Under the pieces are notes generated by a model, which saw nothing but the letters and a program-made list of their open reading frames with translations, did no database searches and was not told the origin of the DNA. A stretch of DNA of 41,629 bases from Candidatus Hermodarchaeota archaeon (GTDB lineage Archaea > Asgardarchaeota > Lokiarchaeia > Sigyniarchaeales > SOKP01), in NCBI GenBank assembly GCA_048885535.1, contig JBHLLO010000024.1, forward strand, positions 1-41,629. Direction: 5' to 3'. Made by a program: the position numbers and the translations under genes. Shown here in pieces: positions 7,961 through 17,529 of the stretch; the stretch's first letter is position 1, and every line of letters starts with the position of its first letter.

Positions 7961-10087
7961 TTGGCAGCCCCTGTATCTAGCCCCAGTATTCCTATTCATC
8001 AGGTTCAACGGTTTGAGGATTTTCTAAGATTATTTGAAGATAGACCGGGTATTTATAAGTATCAGGACCAAATTAATGATATAATTTCAAAAGGTGGAAA
8101 CACTCTCATTATTTTATATGAAGATTTATTAGCATTTGATTCCCAAATCGCTGAAATGTTAAAAACAGATCCTGAATCTATAATAAAAGATGCTGTTGAA
8201 GCTTTCAAAAATGTATTGAAATTTCAAGGAGGAAAAACGAAAGATCAAGAAATTTTTGTTAGAATCGCAACAAAGGATGAAAGAAGCCCTCTTGTGGTGC
8301 CACTAAGAGGATTAAGAGCAAAACATATTGATACATTAGTAGGTTTTAAAGGTATCGTAGTAAGAAGCTCAACAATAAGACCTAAGTTAGTTAAAGCAAC
8401 ATTTGAATGTACGATGTGTAATCTTCAATTTGAAGTAATTCAGTTATCAACAAAAATAAAATGGCCAAAATTTTGCATAAACAAAAGATGCAAGGCTAAA
8501 GCTCAAACTGATTTTAGACTGATATCTAAGAGCTCAACTTTTCTTGATTGGCAATCAATTATGATTCAAGAAATTCCTGAAGACTTACCTCCTGGCAGAA
8601 TTCCTAGATCAATCCAATCTATTTTAATACAAGATTTAGTTGATTTTGTAAAACCAGGAGATAGAGTTAAAATTATTGGTATTTTTAAGTCCACAATAGC
8701 ACAATCAATTAAAAATATTAATAGTACTTTATTTAAAACGTTTATTGAAGTAAATCTTATTGATCCCGAAGATAAATCAGAAGATATCGTTGAATTATCA
8801 AAAGAGGATTTACAGGAAATTAAAAAGTTATCAAAAGAGCCCTTGATCCAGAAGAAAATTGCTAGATCTATAGCACCGTCGATCTATGGAAGAGATGACC
8901 TTAAAATGGCATGTGCTCTAACGCTTTTTGCGGGAACTAGAAAGCCAAAACCTGACGGGAGTTACAAAAGAGGAGATATACATGTTTTGTTTGTTGGAGA
9001 TCCTGGAACCGGGAAATCTGAAATCCTCAAGAGTGCCATTGAAATTTCACCGCGTGGACTCTATACATCAGGTAAAGGATCAACAGCCGTAGGCTTAACT
9101 GCGGCTGTGATTAAAGATTCCGACACAGGTCAAATGAACTTAGAAGCAGGTGCTGTGGTATTAGCTAATGGAGGTGTTGCTGCAATTGATGAATTTGATA
9201 AGATGAATCCCGCTGATAGGTCCGCTTTACATGAGGCGATGGAGCAACAAACTGTGAGTATAGCGAAAGCAGGAATTGTAGCAACTCTTAAAGCGCAAAC
9301 TGCGATAATAGCGGCAGCTAATCCAAGATCAGGAAGATATGATCGATACAAAACTCCTACACAAAATATAAATCTACCACCTTCTCTATTATCCAGATTT
9401 GATCTTATATTTGTAGTTATTGATAAACCAGATCCCACAGAAGATGCTCAAATGGCTGAATTTATTTTGCAGAATTCAATGCTAGAATCAGATGAACTGA
9501 ATAAAATCCAAAATAAAAGTATTTCTCCGATTTCTGGTGATTTGTTAAGAAAATATATCAAACATGCTAGAAAGACATGTCATCCATCTTTAACTGAAGA
9601 GGCTAAGGAGTACATAAAAAACTTTTATTTAGATTTAAGAGGACAATACAGTAGTGAAGATGCTGTTGTATCAATCTTAGCGAGGAATCTAGATGCTTTA
9701 GTTAGATTAAGCGAAGCTTATGCCAGAATGGCACTTAGAAATAAGGTCTCAAAGGATGATGTAGATGAAATAATAAAACTATTTAAGAGATATCTAAAAG
9801 ATACGGGTTATGATGAGACAACAGGAAAAATAGATATGGATAGAATTTTAGTTGGGCAATCTAGAAGTTCAATTAATAAACTAGATAAATTATTAAATAG
9901 ATTAAAGGAAATTTTTGAAGAAAATAATTGGAAAGCTATGGAGAAAAGAATTATCATACAAATTCTTGATCTAGATGAAGATTTAGATGAAAAATGGATT
10001 AACGATGCTCTTAAAGAATTGATAAAAGAGGGAACTCTTTATGAGCCGAAAACAAATTTTATAAAATTTACAAATAGGGAAGATTAA
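7961..10087 (+). CDS. mcm: Replicative helicase MCM
   Basis: Zn finger CTMC...CINKRC, Walker A GDPGTGKS, Walker B IDEFDKM, AAANP, arginine finger SRFD, C-terminal winged helix; no intein-sized insertion. Confidence 0.98.
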   Translation: MAAPVSSPSIPIHQVQRFEDFLRLFEDRPGIYKYQDQINDIISKGGNTLIILYEDLLAFDSQIAEMLKTDPESIIKDAVEAFKNVLKFQGGKTKDQEIFVRIATKDERSPLVVPLRGLRAKHIDTLVGFKGIVVRSSTIRPKLVKATFECTMCNLQFEVIQLSTKIKWPKFCINKRCKAKAQTDFRLISKSSTFLDWQSIMIQEIPEDLPPGRIPRSIQSILIQDLVDFVKPGDRVKIIGIFKSTIAQSIKNINSTLFKTFIEVNLIDPEDKSEDIVELSKEDLQEIKKLSKEPLIQKKIARSIAPSIYGRDDLKMACALTLFAGTRKPKPDGSYKRGDIHVLFVGDPGTGKSEILKSAIEISPRGLYTSGKGSTAVGLTAAVIKDSDTGQMNLEAGAVVLANGGVAAIDEFDKMNPADRSALHEAMEQQTVSIAKAGIVATLKAQTAIIAAANPRSGRYDRYKTPTQNINLPPSLLSRFDLIFVVIDKPDPTEDAQMAEFILQNSMLESDELNKIQNKSISPISGDLLRKYIKHARKTCHPSLTEEAKEYIKNFYLDLRGQYSSEDAVVSILARNLDALVRLSEAYARMALRNKVSKDDVDEIIKLFKRYLKDTGYDETTGKIDMDRILVGQSRSSINKLDKLLNRLKEIFEENNWKAMEKRIIIQILDLDEDLDEKWINDALKELIKEGTLYEPKTNFIKFTNRED

Positions 10088-10152
10088 GCTTATAAATATT
10101 CTATTTTAATGTTTGACTATTTAAAAAAATAACAGAAATAATTGAAACTTCT

Positions 10153-10659
10153 TTAAATTTTTAAAACTAATTTTGATATTAATTGGAATGAATCGTCCAC
10201 GTTTTCTCCATTTTTTGCAGAAGTATAAAATATAGAATTAGCTTTTACTCTCTCTCCAATTTCTTCAATTTCTCTTTTTGAAAAGTCTGATTTAAGATCA
10301 TTTTTATTGGCAAGCAAAATAAACGGAATATTACCACAATTTTTTTTAAGATCTGGTACCCAAAACATAATTATTTGTTCAAATGTTTTTTTTCTGGTAA
10401 GGTCTCCAACAACTAATGCTCCATTGGTACCCTTATAGTATAAATCTCTCATTCTTACCCATCTTTCCTGTCCTGCTATGTCCCATAATTGAAGTGAAAT
10501 CTCTTTAGTAGAATTTAAATTAATCTTTTTAATGAATATATTTGTACCTATTGAGGCTTTATAATCTTTAGAGAAATGCCCTGATACGAACTTTTTTACT
10601 AAACTCGTTTTTCCTACTCCAGAATCTCCAATGATTATGATCTTTAAATTGTAAACCAT
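10153..10659 (-). CDS. Rab-like small GTPase (Ras superfamily)
   Basis: G1 GDSGVGKTS, G2 SIGT, G3 WDIAGQE, G4 NKND, G5 SAK; no C-terminal Cys prenylation tail. Confidence 0.95.
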   Translation of the reverse strand: MVYNLKIIIIGDSGVGKTSLVKKFVSGHFSKDYKASIGTNIFIKKINLNSTKEISLQLWDIAGQERWVRMRDLYYKGTNGALVVGDLTRKKTFEQIIMFWVPDLKKNCGNIPFILLANKNDLKSDFSKREIEEIGERVKANSIFYTSAKNGENVDDSFQLISKLVLKI

Positions 10660-10787
10660 TATAATTATCGAATTTTCTTTATTATTAATATTACATAATA
10701 GATTTAAAATAAAAATATGTAAATATTAAATAAATTAAAATCTAAAATTAAACAAAAAGAAGATTATTAAACTTAAAAGAGGAAATA

Positions 10788-11882
10788 TTGATGACGACTG
10801 GAATTGTGTATGATGATATTTATCTACAACATAGAATAGGCACACACGTAGAGAGCCATGAAAGACTGATTGCAATAATGGACTTTTTAAAAGAAAAAAA
10901 AGTGTTAGGAGAATCAGGTTTTAAGTTAATAAAACCAAGGAAAGCAACTTTAGAACAGATAAAATATGTGCATACAGAAAGTTTAATCAAAGAAATACAA
11001 ACTGTTTGTGAATTGGCTGAAAAAACTAATCGTATCCAACATATTGATATGGATACAGACGCATCAGCAATGACCTATGAAGCTTCATTATATTCTGTGG
11101 GAGGAAATTTACAAGCTGCTGATGAAATTCTGAACGGAAATTGTAAAAATGCATTTGCATTAGTAAGACCTCCCGGTCATCATTCTAATTCATATAAGTT
11201 TTCAGGATTTTGCATATTCAATAATATTGCAGTTACAGCAGAGTATCTCTTTAGGGAAAAAAACATTAAAAGAATAGTTATTATTGATTGGGACTGTCAC
11301 CATGGTAATGGGACTCAAGATATATTTTTTGAAGGATCAAAATCTAACGGGGAGTTAATAATTTTCAACTCTCATCAAGATGGTAGAACACTATATCCTG
11401 GAAGTGGGTTTATTGGTGAAATAGGTTCAGGAAAGGGGGTAGGTAAAATTATTAATTACCCAATGCCTCCTAAAGCTGCTGATGATGTGCTTTCTTCCTA
11501 TTTCGAGGAAATAATTGCGCCTATTTGTAACGAATTTAAGCCTGAATTCATTCTTATATCAGCAGGCTTCGATACACATTGGACAGACGAGTTAACACTG
11601 ATGGGATGGACTTACCAAGCACCAGCAAATTACTTGAAAAAAATCAAGTCTATTGCTAAAAATTTTGCCAAGGATCGTATTTTAATTACATTAGAGGGAG
11701 GTTATGAAGTACATAAACAAGCGATTGCAGTTTATAATTGTTTACAAGTTCTTAATGATAAGTACGATCAATTGATTGAGGAGAAACCTAGAAAATCAAG
11801 TAAAGAATTATTAGATTATATGAACAATAAACTAATACCAAAATTGAAAGAGATATTAAGTCCTTATTGGAATTGTTTCTAA
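10788..11882 (+). CDS. Zn-dependent histone deacetylase-family protein (class II/AcuC-like lysine deacetylase)
   Basis: RPPGHH, GFCIFNN, DWDCHHGNGTQ, YPGSG, SAGFDTH, LEGGY motifs all intact. Confidence 0.95.
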   Translation: MMTTGIVYDDIYLQHRIGTHVESHERLIAIMDFLKEKKVLGESGFKLIKPRKATLEQIKYVHTESLIKEIQTVCELAEKTNRIQHIDMDTDASAMTYEASLYSVGGNLQAADEILNGNCKNAFALVRPPGHHSNSYKFSGFCIFNNIAVTAEYLFREKNIKRIVIIDWDCHHGNGTQDIFFEGSKSNGELIIFNSHQDGRTLYPGSGFIGEIGSGKGVGKIINYPMPPKAADDVLSSYFEEIIAPICNEFKPEFILISAGFDTHWTDELTLMGWTYQAPANYLKKIKSIAKNFAKDRILITLEGGYEVHKQAIAVYNCLQVLNDKYDQLIEEKPRKSSKELLDYMNNKLIPKLKEILSPYWNCF

Positions 11883-12001
11883 TTTATTTCGTTATAAACC
11901 CTTGTTGTTCTAACTTTGTGCGATAATTTATAAAGTTAGTTCACTATTAAAGTTACAAATTAGATCATTTTTTGTATATAATATAATAATTAATTATCAA
12001 G

Positions 12002-12865
12002 GTGAATATTATTTCATACGAATATGAAAGAGATGATGAGGAAGAACCAAAAAAACCTACACCTCCGCCAATAAGACCCCCTTCAATGCCTCCACCTTCA
12101 GGACCACCTCCATCTATACCACCACCGCAACCCCCACTACCTCAACAACAACAATCTTATCCAACATATGAACCTGAGCCTTCAATACCAAGTGGCCCCT
12201 CACAAGTAGAATATAATGCAGCGATAAGTCAAATCCAAGAAAGTGAGTCAAGAATAACCCAATTACAAAGACAAGTTCAAGAGCTCAGTGCTCAACTTTC
12301 CAACTTAAACGCCCAACTTTTGGATAGGGATAACCAAGTAAATCAACTCACCTCTAAAATTCAAAATCTTCAAGCTACAATAGAAACTTATCAAAATCAG
12401 ATTACTCAGTTAAATAATGAGAAAGCTCAAATGCAAGCTCAAATACCACAATTACAAGGTCAGCTCCAGCGTGTTCAACAGGAAAACATGAACTTACAGC
12501 AACAAATAGGACCTCTTCAATCCCAAATTAATAAGTTACAAGAAGAATTGTCCTATAAAGAAAAAAGAATTCAGGAATTAAAAGAACCCAAACCAGTTAT
12601 GCCATCGAGTTTAGCCCAAGGAATAACCTCTCAAACGTCTACATATGGAAGTGGCACCTCTTTTGGGACATCTCAAACATCTAAACCTGCACCATCATCA
12701 GATGTGGGAGCTGGACTTGGCGGAACAAGAAGAATGTGTCCAAATTGTGGAGCTTCAGGTTTTGCAATTAAGGAAGTTGAGGATAAGACAAAAATAATTA
12801 GTTATATCCCAAAACCTCAATATGCGAAGAAAAACATTTGTACAAAATGTGGATTTGAATTTTAA
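12002..12865 (+). CDS. Proline-rich / Gln-rich coiled-coil / C-terminal C4 zinc-ribbon protein
   Basis: Polyproline N-terminus, ~120-aa heptad coiled coil, S/T/G-rich linker, CPNCG...CTKCG at C-terminus. True start may be ATT 12011. Confidence 0.8.
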   Translation: MNIISYEYERDDEEEPKKPTPPPIRPPSMPPPSGPPPSIPPPQPPLPQQQQSYPTYEPEPSIPSGPSQVEYNAAISQIQESESRITQLQRQVQELSAQLSNLNAQLLDRDNQVNQLTSKIQNLQATIETYQNQITQLNNEKAQMQAQIPQLQGQLQRVQQENMNLQQQIGPLQSQINKLQEELSYKEKRIQELKEPKPVMPSSLAQGITSQTSTYGSGTSFGTSQTSKPAPSSDVGAGLGGTRRMCPNCGASGFAIKEVEDKTKIISYIPKPQYAKKNICTKCGFEF

Positions 12866-13053
12866 TAAATTTCTATTTTCTAAACTTTTATTAATATAGC
12901 AAAACCTAGCTTAGGCTTTTTTAAAAGAAGTTTAAAAACTCATTTATAGATATTACATATCATAATAATTCCTAGAGAAAATTATTTATATAATAATTTT
13001 AATTAGTATTGCAAATTTGATTTGGTAATAGTTAAGGGAATATTTGATTTTTT

Positions 13054-16000
13054 ATGTCAGAATTTCGTGAAGATTTATTAATAACACCAATTAATAAGAA
13101 AAGAATAATTGGAATATTTCTTGTTACTATGTTATTAATTTCCTTATTTGCTTTCTCCGTATTGTTTTATAGTTTCCTTTTCGAGAGTCAAAGACCATAT
13201 CCGAGCGACAAACTTTCAGAAGCTGAATGGGAAGATGCTGATTTGACCTTGCCACCCTCTCCTTATAATTTTTCTATAGATGATTTTAGTGATTTAAATT
13301 TAACTTTAGACCAGCTTCAAGATATAATTGATACAATCCAAAATATGTTGGATGGAGATATTGATGATTTCGATCAAGCAAATTTCTCACTAGCTCAATT
13401 AGCTTTTCTTGCTTCTGAAGCTGAAGTATTTAGAGTTTATGAATATGATTTTTTTGATGACATGACAGAAAAATTATGGAAATATGAATGTTTTGATGAA
13501 TATACTGGCGATGGATGGCACTCTACAGCAGCCACACTCTTATCTAATTTTTATCCTTATAGTAATTATACAGCATATCATTGGGATAAAGATTTATTCA
13601 GAATAAAATTGCCTTTATCCCCTAATAATACAGGAGTTAATTCTTTTGTAATTCCCTCTCTTTTTCCAAGACCGCTTATTATAGAAGGTGGAATTTATTC
13701 AGTACCTCCTAATATAAATTTTGATTCAGAGATTTTATATATTGATGATTTAAATTGCTCTATATTAGAAGTAGATTTTAATAATGCGGAGGATACAAAT
13801 CTATCTTATTATTTATTTGGTTTAGACTTACCAGATAATAATCAAATTAATAATACAGCAGTACAAGCGCAATATACTCCTCTTTCTATTCAAAGTAGGT
13901 ATTTACAGCTCCCACCATCTATAAATGTATATTTAGCCAATAACCCTTATGTTTATAATCACTTTACAATCTTAAATAATACTATAAATGAAGATGACAA
14001 TGCATTTGTAGTAGCTAATAAAATAAGAAATTATTTTCAAACATATTTTACATTCCCTCTTGATCCAGACGATTATGTTCCTGCCCCTAGTGGAAGGGAT
14101 GTAGTAGATTGGTTTTGTGAAACACAACAAGGAGCTTGGGCAGACTTTGCTTCCGCTTTTTGTGTATTTACGAGATTTTTTGGAATTGCAAGTAGATTTG
14201 TTGATGGATTTAATAGTTTTGGCATTGAAGAAGTTTGGGATCCAGTAGAATTGTTAAATACCTTTGCTGTTAAATATAGGAATCTTTACAATTGGGCGGA
14301 AGTATTTATCCCTACTGATACTCTAGGAAATGGACAATGGGTACAAATGGACATTTTATTTGATAGTTTTGGAGTCGGGGGGAACCCAATAATAGGAGGT
14401 AACTATAGTGTCTCTGTCACCTCTAATAACTTAATATATAATAGACCAGATGTAGCAAATTTAACAGCCTATCTAAGTTCCAGCACCGAACCCATAGATA
14501 ATAAAAGAATTACATTCAGAGACGTAACTAGTGGAGAAATCCTTGGTTCTAGCTTCACAGACCTAAGTGGGAGAGCTTCTATTTTAACCAATATTGATAA
14601 TTCGAAAATAGTAGGTCCTCATGTGATTGAAGCAAGATTTGACTTCTTTATTGCTAATTATAGTTTCTTTATCATTGAGGGGGATATCCAAGTAAGACTG
14701 ACAAATGTCAATCCAACCAAAGTAAATCGTTCCGATAGCATCCCAGATGTCACAAATATACAAGGATATTTATATGATCCTATAAAAGGTGAAAATGTTA
14801 AGAATAGCGAAATAAATTTTGTGTTACTTCAATATGGCACAAATAATCCTATTTTTAATGCTTTTATACCTTCATCTCAATTCACTGACCTTAATGGGAA
14901 TTTTAATGATGTTCTAAATATCAATCCTGGTGTTTCATCTGGTCAATATGAAATAAGAGCTGATTTTAATGGAACTTTTTATTTACCAATTTTCTATATA
15001 CCTTTCACTTATGGTCCAATTGCAAATTCTAGTCAAAAAGTTGGATTTAATATAACTAAAGCATTGTCTATTTTATTTTATATTAATAACTTACCAGCTC
15101 AAGATGCAAATAACCCTGTAATTTATAGATACGATACTTTAAATCTTACTGCAAGAGTTATCCTTGAAAATGTTGGACCCATTCAAGGGCGCACAGTCTA
15201 TTTTTATGATGATACTCGAGGTGGTTTTGAAATAGGAAATGATGTAACAGATGTAAATGGTATAGCATCAATTAATTATTTTATAGGAGATAATAGTTTG
15301 ACTGGTCCAAATCTATTATATGCAAGGCATAATTTACAAGAAAATTATTCTTATTTCATTTTAAATGAAGAACCTTGGATAAATATTATATCTGGACCAA
15401 ATCCAAGAGAAATTAATCGAACAGCAACAGGAGCTACAAATACACAATTCTTTATTGAAGGAGAAATCTTAGACAGTATAAATTTTAATCGAATATACAA
15501 TTGCGAATTAACCCTAAAGTTGTTAAGGTTTGGGTTAGATTACTCCTCTTATTTAATTCCTAGTGAATATATTTGGACTTCTGATGGATATTTTTATTTG
15601 CCATTTGAAGTTGCTCCAAATACTCCAACTGGAAATTATACGTTAAGACTAGATTTTAACGGAACTCTTGAGCGTTTTTGGGATCCTATTAATCAAATGT
15701 GGCAACCCTATTATTTTCTTCTTCCAATATTGAATACGTCCTCAGCTTTTACGAATGAATTGCTAATTTCGACCCCTACAAAATTATCCTTTAATTTCTG
15801 GATAAATGGAACTACATCTGATAATTATAATCAACCTATAATTAATCGAAATGGAGATCTTGACCTTTCGGTGTACTTAACTTATGGAGGAACTCCAATA
15901 GCAAATGGAGAAATCATATATTTTTATGATGTTACTCAAGGAATCCCAATTGGAACAGCGTCAACTACTTTAGGATTTGCTCAAATTTTGTATTCTACGA

Positions 16001-17508
16001 GTATTTCGACCGTAGCAGGACCACATCTGCTGAGAGCAAGGTGGGGTTCTAATTATAATTATTCTTACTTCATTCTGGATGAACCAATTAGTGTAGATAT
16101 TGAAAGCGGACCTATACCACGAGAAATTAATAGAGGTCAAACAAGTTTTAATTTACGTGGATATGTGAATGACTCATTAAATCGCCTTCCTATCAAATTT
16201 GTAAGAATATCAGTTTATATGGTAGATGGAGGAACTGATTATACTTCTTATCTTAGGCTAATTGGTGGATCCTATCAACTGGGTATTAATGGTGAATTTG
16301 ATCTCACTTTTTCAGTATTAAGTTCTACACCTGCTAAAAATTATACTTTACAAATTGAATTTGATGGTATTTTTTCATATTCTCGCCCTCGAAATTACAA
16401 TAATGAGAACGACTTTTATTTGGGTTTCCCTAACTTTTACGATATAATAAGCAGTCCTCATGAATTAAAAGTGATTGATCCTGAAAAACTTAATATCAAT
16501 TTGGCTATTGAGGGAAATCCAACCTTACCATTCTATGACAATATAAATCCTCCTGAAACTTATTATTTTGGAGAGATAGCGCACATTCAAGTCCAAGTTA
16601 ATCATTCTTTACCAAAAACAGGAAATACTGTATATCTTTATGATGATTTTACTAACAATCTAATCTCTTCTTATACTTTTCCAGACGATTCTGGATTCAC
16701 ACAATTTGATATTCCTACTAACATGTTACACGCGGGATTAATAAGACTGCGAGTAAATTATCATACTTATAGTACATTTAATACAACTTACATAGTAATT
16801 AATGAGACTATCAATATTTCAATAAATCCAGATTACAATTTTGAAGTCCAAAGAAACATCCAACAATTTACTGTTAATGGCATTCTTCAGCAAAACGGAA
16901 CCAATCTAGATGGTTTAGTTATTGGGATGTTTCTTTTAAACGATCTATTTGCAGATGCCTCAACTTATGTAAATTTCAATGGACCTCAATTTAGAGTAGT
17001 TTCTAATGGTAATTATTTTTATACTGATAATTCAATATTTATTAACTGCCCTTCCGGCAATTATTACTTATTAGTTTACTTCACTGGAAGTATTAGTGAA
17101 TCTGGAATTACATTAGCAAATTACATGACTACTTCAATAAGTATGCTTGTTCCAATAAATATAACAGCTGGTACCTATATAAATGGGAATTTTGAGACGA
17201 GAGTTGTCAAAGACCAATTCTATGAAGGGGACGATCTTTACGTATATGGCTATTTAAGATGGGATAATGGAAGTGCTATAGCTAATAAACAAGTTAATGT
17301 AACTATAAGAGACAGTCTAGGAAATATAATTACAAGCGCGGTAAATTTTACGGATTCTAGTGGGTTTTTTAATATAACGATAACTGTAGGAGCAGGTTGG
17401 CCAGACGATGCTGAAATATGGGTTACTTTTTACCCTAAAGATAATTTTAATGCTCCATATCATTTCTTTGTTAAAGGAATCGAACAACAATTATTTAGAC
17501 CACCGTAA
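13054..17508 (+). CDS. Large membrane-anchored surface protein: N-terminal TM, TgpA-like transglutaminase-fold domain (catalytic residues substituted), tandem Ig-like repeats
   Basis: TM at aa ~18-42; WKYECFDEYTGDGW (TgpA N-region-like); DVVDWF..QQGAWADFASAF..FTRFFGIASRFVDGF, YNWAEVF and WVQMD match the transglutaminase-like core; beta-rich repeats with many N-x-S/T sequons. Confidence 0.8.
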   Translation: MSEFREDLLITPINKKRIIGIFLVTMLLISLFAFSVLFYSFLFESQRPYPSDKLSEAEWEDADLTLPPSPYNFSIDDFSDLNLTLDQLQDIIDTIQNMLDGDIDDFDQANFSLAQLAFLASEAEVFRVYEYDFFDDMTEKLWKYECFDEYTGDGWHSTAATLLSNFYPYSNYTAYHWDKDLFRIKLPLSPNNTGVNSFVIPSLFPRPLIIEGGIYSVPPNINFDSEILYIDDLNCSILEVDFNNAEDTNLSYYLFGLDLPDNNQINNTAVQAQYTPLSIQSRYLQLPPSINVYLANNPYVYNHFTILNNTINEDDNAFVVANKIRNYFQTYFTFPLDPDDYVPAPSGRDVVDWFCETQQGAWADFASAFCVFTRFFGIASRFVDGFNSFGIEEVWDPVELLNTFAVKYRNLYNWAEVFIPTDTLGNGQWVQMDILFDSFGVGGNPIIGGNYSVSVTSNNLIYNRPDVANLTAYLSSSTEPIDNKRITFRDVTSGEILGSSFTDLSGRASILTNIDNSKIVGPHVIEARFDFFIANYSFFIIEGDIQVRLTNVNPTKVNRSDSIPDVTNIQGYLYDPIKGENVKNSEINFVLLQYGTNNPIFNAFIPSSQFTDLNGNFNDVLNINPGVSSGQYEIRADFNGTFYLPIFYIPFTYGPIANSSQKVGFNITKALSILFYINNLPAQDANNPVIYRYDTLNLTARVILENVGPIQGRTVYFYDDTRGGFEIGNDVTDVNGIASINYFIGDNSLTGPNLLYARHNLQENYSYFILNEEPWINIISGPNPREINRTATGATNTQFFIEGEILDSINFNRIYNCELTLKLLRFGLDYSSYLIPSEYIWTSDGYFYLPFEVAPNTPTGNYTLRLDFNGTLERFWDPINQMWQPYYFLLPILNTSSAFTNELLISTPTKLSFNFWINGTTSDNYNQPIINRNGDLDLSVYLTYGGTPIANGEIIYFYDVTQGIPIGTASTTLGFAQILYSTSISTVAGPHLLRARWGSNYNYSYFILDEPISVDIESGPIPREINRGQTSFNLRGYVNDSLNRLPIKFVRISVYMVDGGTDYTSYLRLIGGSYQLGINGEFDLTFSVLSSTPAKNYTLQIEFDGIFSYSRPRNYNNENDFYLGFPNFYDIISSPHELKVIDPEKLNINLAIEGNPTLPFYDNINPPETYYFGEIAHIQVQVNHSLPKTGNTVYLYDDFTNNLISSYTFPDDSGFTQFDIPTNMLHAGLIRLRVNYHTYSTFNTTYIVINETINISINPDYNFEVQRNIQQFTVNGILQQNGTNLDGLVIGMFLLNDLFADASTYVNFNGPQFRVVSNGNYFYTDNSIFINCPSGNYYLLVYFTGSISESGITLANYMTTSISMLVPINITAGTYINGNFETRVVKDQFYEGDDLYVYGYLRWDNGSAIANKQVNVTIRDSLGNIITSAVNFTDSSGFFNITITVGAGWPDDAEIWVTFYPKDNFNAPYHFFVKGIEQQLFRPP
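14400..17160 (+). repeat. About four degenerate tandem ~230-aa paired Ig-like units within the 1484-aa protein (boundaries approximate)
   Basis: Recurring motifs: (I/V)xFxDxTxG..IG...T..G.A.I, (V/T/A)GP(H/N)xxxAR..NYS(F/Y)FI, PxxINR, GxYxxRxDFNG. Conserved at protein level, degenerate at DNA level. Confidence 0.7.
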
Positions 17509-17529
17509 TTAAAAAAAATAAATATTACA

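Noticed and set aside
5846-9438. Antisense ORFs inside the HEAT gene and mcm (5846-6049, 6236-6733, 6902-7120, 7139-7384, 9130-9438)
   Set aside because: Fully nested opposite strong genes with no motifs; expected shadow ORFs from codon bias.
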